Source: Octopus bimaculoides (taxonomy: Eukaryota). Taken from it: a stretch of 64,000 nt of DNA. A program made the translations under genes and the position numbers. The notes beneath the pieces were generated by a model, which worked only from the letters and a program-made list of their open reading frames with translations, was not told the origin of the DNA and did no database searches. Shown here piece by piece: positions 39,586 to 50,868 of the stretch. The stretch spans positions 3,682,509-3,746,508 of the forward strand of contig NC_068990.1 in assembly GCF_001194135.2 (NCBI RefSeq). The letters are read 5' to 3'. How positions within the stretch are numbered: position 1 is the first letter of the stretch; every line of letters starts with the position of its first letter.

Positions 39586-40756
39586 NNNNNNNNNNNNNNN
39601 NNNNNNNNNNNNNNNNNNNNNNNNNNNNNNNNNNNNNNNNNNNNNNNNNNNNNNNNNNNNNNNNNNNNNNNNNNNNNNNNNNNNNNNNNNNNNNNNNNNN
39701 NNNNNNNNNNNNNNNNNNNNNNNNNNNNNNNNNNNNNNNNNNNNNNNNNNNNNNNNNNNNNNNNNNNNNNNNNNNNNNNNNNNNNNNNNNNNNNNNNNNN
39801 NNNNNNNNNNNNNNNNNNNNNNNNNNNNNNNNNNNNNNNNNNNNNNNNNNNNNNNNNNNNNNNNNNNNNNNNNNNNNNNNNNNNNNNNNNNNNNNNNNNN
39901 NNNNNNNNNNNNNNNNNNNNNNNNNNNNNNNNNNNNNNNNNNNNNNNNNNNNNNNNNNNNNNNNNNNNNNNNNNNNNNNNNNNNNNNNNNNNNNNNNNNN
40001 NNNNNNNNNNNNNNNNNNNNNNNNNNNNNNNNNNNNNNNNNNNNNNNNNNNNNNNNNNNNNNNNNNNNNNNNATATATATATATATATATATATATAAAC
40101 GTACATAACTATGTGTGTATATGTATGTATGCGTACATGCATTTGTGTGTGTACGGGGATATTATTATGATTATACATACATATATGTATATATGATTCT
40201 ACGTATAAAGACAGAGAACGGATGTTTATGAACAGAATGTGAAAGGTGTGTTTTTGTGTGTGTTATATGTATGCGTATGTGTGCATATGTGTGTGTGTTT
40301 TTGTATTGTATGTGCGTCTATGTGCTTGTGTGTGTGTGTGTGTGTGTGTGTCTGTGTGTGTGTGTGTGTGTGTGTGTTTAAGTATGTATAACTTAGTTAT
40401 TGACCATTATCAATGTTATTGCGTGGTAGAATCAGATATCTACTATTTCCTCACCATTTTCATACGACTTTGTCATCCTATGTGTCTTCTCCATTAGTAT
40501 TAAGTCCGTGAGAAATGCTTTGATGTATCTCCTAATCTGAATTTTGGCGATATTTCTCAGACAAGCTCCTATAGGAAGGTTCCAGACTGCGAAGTGTTGC
40601 ACAATCAGGTAAATGCGTCTGTTTCAACACGTCAATGATGCGCTTATAAGAGACTATACATAGACAAACACACGCGTACGTGTACATATGTTTTTGTGTG
40701 CCTGTGTGTGTATAAGTGTATATGTATAAATATATATGTTTATTTGTATATATAAC

Positions 40757-40791
<35 letters not shown>

Positions 40792-40792
40792 C

Positions 40793-40835
<43 letters not shown>

Positions 40836-40955
40836 TTGTTGTTATTATTATATAATGGTATATATATGTTTTTATGCATATACACATATACACACACAAA
40901 TACACACACACACACGCACACACATGTATACACATCTACGTGTTTATATTTGTGT

Positions 40956-40996
<41 letters not shown>

Positions 40997-41058
40997 TACT
41001 TATTTATATTTGTGTATGTATGTGTGTGTATATATATATGTGTGTGTATATGTGTGTG

Positions 41059-41091
<33 letters not shown>

Positions 41092-41568
41092 AACTTCTTT
41101 CTTATCAGGATCAAGGCGGTGATTGTAAGGAGATCTTAAGAAATTTTAAAACTGCACAGCTAGTTCATTACGCTCGCCTTAATGCCCAGGACTTAGAACA
41201 CATTCACATTATAGTGTCATAATCGTGCAGCTCGTATCTATGTTTTTCCATATATATATAATATTTCGTTAGATGAAAGTGTTTATTTTCCATGATATGG
41301 ATGACTATTTTGGTTATATCGCATTTCTCTCACAATACCGGCCTTCGACATAGATTTCTGACTGAACAATCATTGATTTTCTGTATTTGCGAAGGATAGA
41401 ATATAAGAGATAGCCTGTGTAATTATGGCGGCACAAACATGCCATAGGATATTCGTTTTACAGTCTGAAGTGACAGGTTTATCGAGGCATAAATAACATG
41501 ATGAATAAGTATTCGTTGTTGAGTGTTGGATTGGTCATCAAGTTTCTACCTTGCCTGCGTATACCTTT

Positions 41569-41664
41569 TTTAAAATTTTGCCTGAAGATGGTGGTCTTAT
41601 GCTATAACGTATTGTATGAATACATAGCTAAAATTCTACCGAAACAGCTCTATTACATTTTAAA
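41569..41664 (+). ncRNA. Type I hammerhead ribozyme motif, partly decayed (Penelope pLTR or retrozyme type)
   Basis: CTGAAGA core (41582-41588), stem II GGTGG/CTACC with inner GCTAT/ATAGC and GTATT/AATAC helices, GAAA (41641-41644), near-palindromic stem III ACAGCT(C)T then A, and distal stem I TTTAAAAT/ATTTTAAA. Confidence 0.6.
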
Positions 41665-41880
41665 CTCTATTTCTCTTTTTCTTATAAGTCCGCCACGCCT
41701 GGGACTAGCCTTCACTCGGGTCTTCGGTATATATTGGATTAGGTACATATCTGGCTTATACGCACAACACATGATATTTGCATGGTTGTTTTACCTCACT
41801 CAATTCAATGTTATGGTACTTATTCAGTCCAGGTGCCCTACGTATTGATGCGCCTAGACTCTAATGAACCTGGTAACTAA

Positions 41881-41993
<113 letters not shown>

Positions 41994-42067
41994 ATGTATA
42001 TATTTATATATATATATATGTGTGAGTGTGTGTGCGTGTGTGTGTGTACGTATATATATAGATATAA

Positions 42068-42361
42068 ATAAATTTAGTAAATGGAGTAAAACGCATATGT
42101 TAAATGAATTCTTTTATTTCCAACATATGTTTCAAAGTTACAAATTAAGCCTCCCATAGGAATAGGTGATGTTGATAAGAATGTAATCTTCTCTTCAGGG
42201 GAAATGCATGGGAACCAGCTTAACTGTAAGACATTTTAACCCAATATTCTTATCAACATCACCTATTCCTATGGAAGGTATAATTTGTAATCTTCGAAAC
42301 ATATGTTGGAAATAAAAGAATTCATTTAACATATGGGTTTTACTCCATTTACTAAATTTAT
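42068..42361. mobile_element. Hairpin MITE with about 115-bp terminal inverted repeats and a 63-bp spacer
   Basis: 42068-42182 is the near-perfect reverse complement of 42246-42361; TA-rich flanks; a partial second copy lies at 57960-58140. Confidence 0.9.
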
Positions 42362-43056
42362 ATATTTACTCAAGTCCCCAAAATAAGAAGGAGTTTCTAC
42401 TTCATAAACATGAGTTACACCACAGTCATTTTGTGATCTTTGCTACCCTGGTATTTATTAACCAATTTATTTTGTCCCAGTTAATTATTTACTTAGAGAA
42501 AATAAATACATAATATATATATATATATATANNNNNNNNNNNNNNNNNNNNNNNNNNNNNNNNNNNNNNNNNNNNNNNNNNNNNNNNNNNNNNNNNNNNN
42601 NNNNNNNNNNNNNNNNNNNNNNNNNNNNNNNNNNNNNNNNNNNNNNNNNNNNNNNNNNNNNNNNNNNNNNNNNNNNNNNNNNNNNNNNNNNNNNNNNNNN
42701 NNNNNNNNNNNNNNNNNNNNNNNNNNNNNNNNNNNNNNNNNNNNNNNNNNNNNNNNNNNNNNNNNNNNNNNNNNNNNNNNNNNNNNNNNNNNNNNNNNNN
42801 NNNNNNNNNNNNNNNNNNNNNNNNNNNNNNNNNNNNNNNNNNNNNNNNNNNNNNNNNNNNNNNNNNNNNNNNNNNNNNNNNNNNNNNNNNNNNNNNNNNN
42901 NNNNNNNNNNNNNNNNNNNNNNNNNNNNNNNNNNNNNNNNNNNNNNNNNNNNNNNNNNNNNNNNNNNNNNNNNNNNNNNNNNNNNNNNNNNNNNNNNNNN
43001 NNNNNNNNNNNNNNNNNNNNNNNNNNNNNNNNNNNNNNNNNNNATATATATATATA

Positions 43057-43221
43057 TACGACAGGCTTCTTTCAGTTTCCATCGACCAATCCACTCACGA
43101 GGTTTTGGTCGGCCCGAGAATATAGTAGAACACACTTGCCCAATGTGCCACAGAGTAAGAATAAACACGGAACCATGTACTGGAAAGCAAGCTTCTTAAA
43201 ACAGAGTCATGCGTGCGCCTC
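43057..43221 (-). mobile_element. tRNA-derived SINE family B
   Basis: GGCTTCTTTCAGTTTCC..CCAATCCACTCAC..TTTGGTCGGCCCGAG..CACTTGCCCAA..GGAACCATG..AAGCAAGCTTCTT. Confidence 0.85.
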
Positions 43222-43235
43222 TATACACATACATC

Positions 43236-43435
43236 CGAGAGCGGGTGCTGTGAAGTTCCTGGTTTTAAAGCTATCGCGAAAGATCTGATTGGAAGTCCAA
43301 ACTTCCGACTTCTTTTACAGTGCTTAGAAAAATTGAAGGACCGCTGCAATAAGTGTCAGAATCTGAGAAAGAGAGATATTGAATGAAATTGTATTTTCTT
43401 TTACCGAAATCCAAGAACTTTACAGTACCTCATCG
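43236..43435 (+). mobile_element. Mariner-derived MITE (200 bp)
   Basis: Imperfect TIRs GGTGCTGTGAAGTTCCTGG / CCAAGAACTTTACAGTACC. The interior encodes the transposase C-terminus LEKLKDRCNKCQNLRKRDIE*. TA follows the right end. Confidence 0.75.
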
Positions 43436-43519
43436 TACAAAGAGACAGAGGAAAATAGTCCAATAGATATTATATTAGGCCTCCTTCTTACTTTACTATA
43501 ACTATGGTGTGTGAGATTG

Positions 43520-43790
43520 TTGTCAAAGAATTGCTGCATGTAGATGAAGGCTACTTGAATGGCTATCACGATCAAAACGCCGTACACCAAATGACGTTGT
43601 CTTTTGGAGTATTATCAAAGATAAAAACTTTTCAAGAAAACCACGGACTGTTGATGATATGATTCAATTCTTTAGAAAATCGTGCCAAAAAATTTATGAC
43701 ATTAAAGAAAATTTTGCCAAAGTGTACTTGAGTGCAGAAGCAAGGCTACATGAATATAAATACTGAATGCAGGCAATTCGAGCACTTAAG
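43520..43790 (+). mobile_element. Tc1/mariner-superfamily transposase C-terminal fragment (maT/rosa-like)
   Basis: EWLSRSKRRTPNDVVFWSIIKDKNFSRKPRTVDDM...RQFEHL matches the WPPRSPDLTPxDFxLWG.xKDxV..KPRT...FEHL pattern. Confidence 0.75.
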
Positions 43791-44099
43791 AGATTATGCT
43801 TCAGACATTGTAGTTTGTTTAGTTATAATAAGTATGTAATCTTCTGGGAAACTAAATAATGCTAAGGTGATATAATTTTATAATTATTTATATATTTTCC
43901 CATACTAAAAACTAAACTTGTGCAATGTTCTCTGAATGTATATATGAATACATATACAATCACCGGCTTCCACCTCTCTCTCTCTCTATTTCTCTCCCTC
44001 TATCTCTCTCTATCTCTTTCTATGTATGTGTGCTCATACATACATACATACATGCATACATACATAGATACATACGTACGTACATACATACATACATAC

Positions 44100-44318
44100 A
44101 TAACACACTGCCTAAATACCAATCTTGGGAAATTAGGCTTCTCAAAACCAGAAAGAAGAAAGCTAATTCGAAGACTGCAGATCTAATCCATCACTGGAAC
44201 GGTAAACATCTGTAAAACGTTCCATAAGTTTATCATTTAAATATAAATGAGCATGTCTAGATATACAAATATATGCATGAACATACATACATAAAACATA
44301 CAAATCTGCACATAATGC
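44100..44318 (+). mobile_element. 3' end of a probable RLE-type LINE embedded in (CATA)n
   Basis: 44100-44240 reads ITHCLNTNLGKLGFSKPERRKLIRRLQI*SITGTVNICKTFHKFII*, analogous to the LQ..GT..I C-terminus of RLE LINEs. A short UTR follows, with (CATA)n on both sides. Confidence 0.55.
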
Positions 44319-44362
44319 ATCCATCCATCCATACATACATACATACATACTTACATACATAC

Positions 44363-44463
44363 CTTGTTGTTGATGTTGAAATTCCAGTGAAGGAGCCTTG
44401 GATCTAGATTAGAAACTGATTCTTTCTCTATTGGCAAGAAATCTTGAAATAAACTGAACAATG
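44363..44463 (+). repeat. Unclassified 100-bp block flanked by (CATA)n, likely another retroelement terminus
   Basis: Unique-composition block between two CATA tracts, with AATAAA near its 3' end. Confidence 0.4.
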
Positions 44464-44528
44464 ACATACATACATGGAAAGATAAATAGGTACATACATA
44501 AATACATAGACATATATATATGTATATA

Positions 44529-45423
44529 CGAGGTGGTATCAGACGAGTTATGCTTAATAAAATATAACTTATTTACCTAAGTTTTAACATCATCTCCTTC
44601 GAAATAGTTACCATTCGCAGCAATAAACCGGTCCGAGCGTTCTTTCCACGATTGGAATCCGACCTGGAACTCGTTTTCCGTAAGCGAGTCAGTCACATTC
44701 TACGATTCGCTCTTGATCTCGACAACGGTGTTAAAACAGCGACGTTTCAGCTACATTTTCAATTTGGTCGAAGAGATAGAAGTCCGTAGGGGCTAAACTA
44801 AATTAATAATGTGGGTACGAAGCCGATACTATGTTGTTTTTGGTGCGAAACTAATGAATGATGAGTGCTCGATGACATGGTGCATTGTCGTCGTAAAGAA
44901 ACCAGATGTTAGGATTGCTTGCACGGACCCATGCGACAGACCAACATCAGAAATATCGCTGGTTGTTCTCCTCATGCACAAGCTCATGAATATTTTTCAC
45001 ATTTCCGAGGGTGACACTAGTAGCAGGACTTCCAGATCACTCATTGTCTTCAAGGGACGTTCTTCTGCTTTTGAAGCGCCCGTGCCACTCGAAACATTGA
45101 GTACGACCCACTGCTCGTCGCCGTAAGCTTGCCAAAGCATGCTCAATGTCTCTGTAGCTGACGCGCCAGATTTAACGCAAAATTTCACGTTGGCTCTTTG
45201 ATCGAGCTCTCTGTCCATGACAAAAATCGCAGTATACACAGACTGCAGTATACACGTAATCGCAAAAAACACAAATCTCACAGATTGCGAAGTAAACACA
45301 ATCGTGTTACTCGGCACATTGCCTCATGAAGGTTACTGCTAGCTAACAGTGCGCACGCAGCCACGTGCTGCCATCTTTTGGTGCATTATAGAACTAGTCC
45401 ATGAATTTTTTGATACCATCTCG
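44529..45423 (-). mobile_element. Mariner (D,D34D) internal-deletion derivative, 895 bp, both TIRs present
   Basis: TIRs CGAGGTGGTATCA / TGATACCATCTCG with TA on the left and TG on the right. N-terminus MDRELDQRANVKFCVKSGASATETLSML..CFEWHGRFK is fused to LYDDNAPCH...SLAPTDFYLF (34-residue spacing); the central part including the first D is missing. Confidence 0.92.
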
Positions 45424-45789
45424 TGTATATGTGCATTTGTGTGTATGTAGGGGGGGGGGGCGTGTGTGTGTATCCATATACATGTTCACATACGTAAGCC
45501 ATATCTATATAAAGTACCTTGTAGAATAGTCATGATAACCATTTCAAACATACCAGGAGCTTTTACACTGTCAATTTACCTGGTAGAAACAGTAACTAAG
45601 GCTCTATCAAGCCACTGCATAACGCCTTAAAAGCGAAAGATATATAAAACATCTAAGTTCGGAGATCCATACAGCAACTATAGCAACAGCCATAGTGCTA
45701 TACTTGTTTTTGATTTGTATACTCTTATACAGAGGCCTCTCTTGGTCCGGGTTAGAACTGCTGTAAACACTATATATAAATAAGTCTTT

Positions 45790-46160
45790 CTAATTTTGGC
45801 TCAAGCCAGGGACTTTTGAGGAGGTCCCAGTACTCAACTGGTACTCTCTTTATTTACTCCAAAAGGACGAAAAGCAAAGTTGACCTCAGCGGGATTTGAA
45901 CTCGGAACGTAAACCGAAAGGAACGCCGCTAAGCATTTCTGTTTTTTTTTCTTTCTTTCTGACAGGCTACTAACTATTTTGCCAGTTTGCGACCTCTTCT
46001 ATATGTAAATAACCCTTTCTACAATAGTCAGAAGGCCTGGAAATTTGAGAGCACGACAGACAAAGTCGACCGCTGAGGAATTTGGAGTTAAAAAGTAAAG
46101 TGGGATGAAGAGTCGCAAAGCATGTTGTCTGCCATGCTGACTATTCTGCCAACACGCTAC
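45790..46160 (-). mobile_element. Two tandem degenerate SINE-A copies
   Basis: CCCAGTACTCAACTGGTAC, AAAGTTGACCTCAGCGGGATTTGAACTC, a second AAAGTCGACC..GGAATTTG, and TTCTGCCA ends. Confidence 0.65.
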
Positions 46161-46604
46161 TTACGTTGTAAATAATGGCGATTGATATGTAATGATATGT
46201 AGCGAAGAAAAAAAATCTATATAATATGCATACACACACATATTTACGCATGTGCAAATACAAAGAAAACACATTCGTTGACAATTGCTGATACACATAG
46301 AGAAACTTTACATATGCAGTTTTATCCTATAACTTGTGACACATATATATACAAGAATGAATTGCAAGATGAAGTCGATGATGTCATCAGATTTTTGACG
46401 CTATCTAAGAAAATAACGAAAATAAATAATTAAAACAAAGTTTGCTTCAAGACACAAAATAAAACAATATTTTCAATTTACATTTCGTATTTACATTTTA
46501 TTAAAATCTTAATATATAGTGATTATAACTTCTTTGCAATATGATATTTAAATACTTTCATACATCATTTCTCAAATTCTAGATTTTTGCACATATACGC
46601 AAAT

Positions 46605-46683
46605 CATACACATACATACATACATATATACATACATACATACATACATACATACATACATACATACATACATACATACATAC
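46605..46683. repeat. (TACA)n microsatellite
   Basis: Direct reading. Confidence 0.95.
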
Positions 46684-46831
46684 GCATACAGGCAACATGT
46701 GCTAATTATAGATGCACATATATGTATTAAGAGAGTGGCGGTTAGCACTCCCCTTTACAGGGATAGAAGAGATCATTTGAACTTTCTAATATTCATGGGC
46801 ATTACTTTCTACTTCAGAACAATCTATTCTT

Positions 46832-47052
46832 TATAGGGGTGAGTATATGATACGAAGCTTGCTTCCCAACCATGTCGTCGCTGTCTTGGATTCAGCTGCA
46901 TGAACGGCGACTTCGGCAAGTGTTTCCCACTATAGCCCCGGGCCGACCAAACCTTGTGAATGGGTAGTATATGTGCATACGTGTATGTGTGTATACACGT
47001 ATGGGTCTTAGTGATTGTGTTTGACTTCCCATCACCACTTGACAACCGATAG
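46832..47052 (+). mobile_element. SINE family B with an internal deletion and the start of its 3' extension
   Basis: GAAGCTTGCTTCCCAACCATG, GGCAAGTGTTTCCCACTATAGCCCCGGGCCGACCAAA and CTTGACAACCGAT. Confidence 0.7.
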
Positions 47053-47759
47053 AATGACCTGCATGCACCGATTCTTCTTGATCCCCTGGTCCTGGTGAAT
47101 GACGCCTTTCTCCCAATCAGGTGGCAACCCATCAAGTATGGGTCTGTTTGGATAGTTGTTGCTGGTGAGGAATTCACAAGGTCAGAATGCAAATTCTACC
47201 TCAACCTCTTTTACGATACGCAGAGGAAACGTTGCGTCTATTCTTTAACATACATGATTCAGTATAAATATTTTTTCATAACCACTTGCTTATTGCTAGG
47301 CTACTTATTAATACACAAATATACATACATACACACGCACATATGTGCATGTATCTGTGTTGGTGTGTGTAAATGTAAACACAGTTTGGGCGAATGTTTA
47401 ATAATTTCGCTTCACAACAACAGGCTCTCAGGTTCAATCTTAGTCATGGTATCTTAATCAAATGTTGTTTTCTATATGTTCAGTCAGCCCATGCTTGGGA
47501 AAAAATTCGATAATCTTAAACAGTATAGCAACTATAGGGAAGATTGTACCAGTTATTCTGGTACTACGCCCTTGTCACTCTCAACTCCGCTTATTCTGTG
47601 CAGGAGTTCCATTATGATTTGTAGAATACTCAGTACACTAATGCAATAGTTTCATGAGAATTTGTTTCATTTTATCGAATAAAGAGACTCCCATCTTAAA
47701 GCGGCGGTGAACTGCAATATCTGATGACATTTCTTATGTAAAATATCTCAAGGGCGTTT

Positions 47760-48200
47760 GGATTCTGAGGTAACCACTCGGCGTGATGAGCAAAGCTGTC
47801 TTTCGGCTGCTCTTGTGCCGAATCTCCTAATTCTCTCTACTAACTGTATCTCCTTTCTCTCTATCATATTATTGCTTTCCAATTTTACAGCTAACGATTT
47901 CGCTCAGCTCTTCATCTCGAAAATATCTACTGTCAAGTATATTTCATTACATTCATGTTTTTCTGACATCTATTATAAGAGACATTAACCTCGTTGGCCT
48001 CACAGTCCTCTAAGCTCTACAACTCGCATGACAATTTATTCCTCTAAGCTCTACAACTCGCATGACAATTTATTCCTCCAAGCGCAACCATTTTAAACAA
48101 TGTGACAGTTTGGATAGAACAAATACTGGTGACTCTTCAACTCTGAGTACGACACATCCAAGTCACCAACTACAGTACTTTTCAGCGAAGAGAGGAAAAA
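47760..48200 (+). mobile_element. Possible L2/CR1-clade LINE remnant
   Basis: FTANDFAQLFISKISTV resembles the L2 EN-RT linker motif; this is a single weak motif. Confidence 0.3.
48007..48083. repeat. 34-bp tandem duplication (2 perfect units plus a partial)
   Basis: CCTCTAAGCTCTACAACTCGCATGACAATTTATT x2. Confidence 0.9.
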
Positions 48201-49949
48201 GGAAAATACTGTATTATTCATTGCTATATGACCAATATATTACGAGTGAGAAATAACAAGTGTTTCACCTAACAATTATTCTTTATATCAACAAGAAAAA
48301 AGAATACTGAAAATATTTAGCTTATGTACTAAATAATTTTCTTTTGATTACTTATTTAATTAATTTCACAATTAAAGAACAGGGATACCGATATGGCAGC
48401 AAAAAATAAAAGTGTGTACATTGTATACTTTGTAATTTTTCTTGATTCTACATTTTATCGTTTCTTTAGAAAAAATTCAAACCATGAAATTGAATCAAAA
48501 ATAGTTTGTAACTATTGTTTAGGAAAACAAAACTATTCTTAAAGCAATTAACTCTTCCACCCGATTGAAAATATAAACTGAATTAAATTTGCTTATGGCA
48601 AAAGATTATGTTCCCATTTGCATTACTTTATATTTCGATTCTTTATTTTATTCAATAACCAGTAAACATGTGACAAACATTCGCAAATATTTTATTTAAT
48701 TTTTGTTTTGTTTTTGCAACAGATAACTAATTCCAAGATTGAATACAATGCCACGAAGCAAAGACTAAAGAATAACAATAACACGAATAAACACAAACCA
48801 GTAAACATAATTAGTGTTATCTCTTTGCTGTTGTTATCATTTCAAAAACTGTACACAAGCAATCGATGATAGTAACGTAGCAAGCATTGACGCACAAACA
48901 GAAACAATGAAATGCGGCGGGGGAAGTACTGAATAATATTTTGCAAATGCTATCTACGTCCATTATATTAAAAACATTGTAGAACAGGTTGCAGCAGAAG
49001 TGGTGAGAGCCAGTTAGTATGATAAAGTTATCTTCATATTTTTTAACATCAAATGTTTTTAATGCATACTTTCATTTCTATACTTCTAAAAACATTTATT
49101 TGGTTCCGAAAATGGCATTTCTGTCTCTGTAACAGACAATATGTTAAAATTGATAAAATTGTGGTATAATGTAAATACTGAAACAATGTATATGAAATAA
49201 GTACCATATGGTTAAATAACTATAGTCAAAAACTACAAATAGAGAAGAGACTCTGAACACTATAGAAACTGTGTACAGAAATATTAGTAGCATACGCTAA
49301 ATATAGTAAACAATGAACTAACTTACAACTTCCTGTCATATATTTGTGAGATTCAATTGATTTTTAGTCGTAGAAACACTACAATAAAATGTCATATCCA
49401 GGAAGTACATCAAGAGAAAATCAGTTTGGTACAACGTATATCACTACATGGCTAACTCACAACTGTTTGCTCAGGCCTGGCCTTTATCTGGAGGTTCGAT
49501 TTCTGAACCTTCTGAGGTATTATTCGTTTGGCAAGCGCCTTCTACTGAAGACTCCGGTTTTGCCAAATCTTGGCGAGTAACAAATTAAGATCGTCGAATA
49601 ATTTTCACTTGTTTGTGGTTGGTAGATGTTATACGTCATCCGGCTTCACAGCAGCAATTTGCCATTGAGTACCTTCAGCAACAGCCTCTTTGTGGTGTTG
49701 CTGACGGTATTCACACTTTTCGAGTTATACATCGACCTAACTCTTGCACGCTGTAATACTTCTTTAGATTTAACTTCAACTAAATTATCTTACAATTAGC
49801 AAAAGTGAGCTCAGGGGTGGGAGAAAAATAAGATTGCAACAATACAAAATAACTTTACGCTATTTTAACCTTTAAATTTTACTTTACTTGAGCAGATAAC
49901 ACTGTGTAACACGATTCTTGTAAAATGACTAATATTTCGTTCAAAGGTT

Positions 49950-50110
49950 GCTGTTGTTACATTTATTCAAACACCAAAGAATCCCTCTCAACACATGGCT
50001 ATAATACTCCCCTTTTAATTCAGCTCGTGATCAGAGAAGCACATATTGCCAGTCACTCAGGGATAGGCTCAACTGGTTAAGTTCAAACAACTGACAAGCA
50101 AATAAATGGA
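49950..50110 (-). repeat. Interspersed repeat family E, inverted copy
   Basis: Reverse-complement similarity to 10569-10730. Confidence 0.7.
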
Positions 50111-50589
50111 GTTTATTTGTGATGTTGAGCAGAATATTTGCTATAACAATATTCCTGCTTCGGCAAGTCCGCGCTGGATCTATCTAAAACGACATGGAAA
50201 ATAGGCCAGTTTCAAAACATTGATGTCTATATCATAAAAGCGAAATTTGATGTGAATAGTAGTCATTTCTTCTGATTTCTCCATAGAAACAAACAGGGAA
50301 TAACACTTACTGACCAAAGACAAAAACAATTAAAATTTAGTTCAGGTGTAATTAGGACTAGGGGGTTATTTTTGGAATTATTGAATAAATCAGCAAAATA
50401 GTTTACCACTAGCATGGAGTATTTATATATATTATCGATCCCAAATTTATGTTCTTTAAATTCTCCTTTTTATTCTCTCTCTCCCAACACGCACACACAT
50501 TCACACGCAATTGCACACACATATACATATGTATGTATATGTGTATGTCTGTGTGTGTGTGCGTGCGTGTTTATATATGTATATATATT

Positions 50590-50790
50590 ATTTTACTTGT
50601 TTCAGTCATTTCACTGCGGCCATGCTGCTGCACCGCCTTTAGCCGAACGAATCAAACCCAGGACTTATTCTTTGTAAGCCTAGTACTTATTCTATCGATT
50701 TCTTTTGCTGAAAAAGACCAACACTGGTTGTCAAGTGACAGTGGGGAACAAACACAGACACACAAAAATATACACACATATGCACACACA
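50590..50790 (-). mobile_element. 3' extension of SINE family B
   Basis: CAGTCATT..ACTGCGGCCATGCTG..CCTAGTACTTATTCTAT..GGTTGTCAAG, colinear with 58430-58640. Confidence 0.75.
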
Positions 50791-50801
50791 CATACATACA
50801 A

Positions 50802-50868
<67 letters not shown>

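Noticed and set aside
48007-48083. Short direct repeats as a CRISPR-like array (also 15491-15550, 57843-57898, 60705-60767)
   Set aside because: Only 2-3 adjacent units with no unique spacers and no cas genes; ordinary slippage duplications in eukaryotic DNA.
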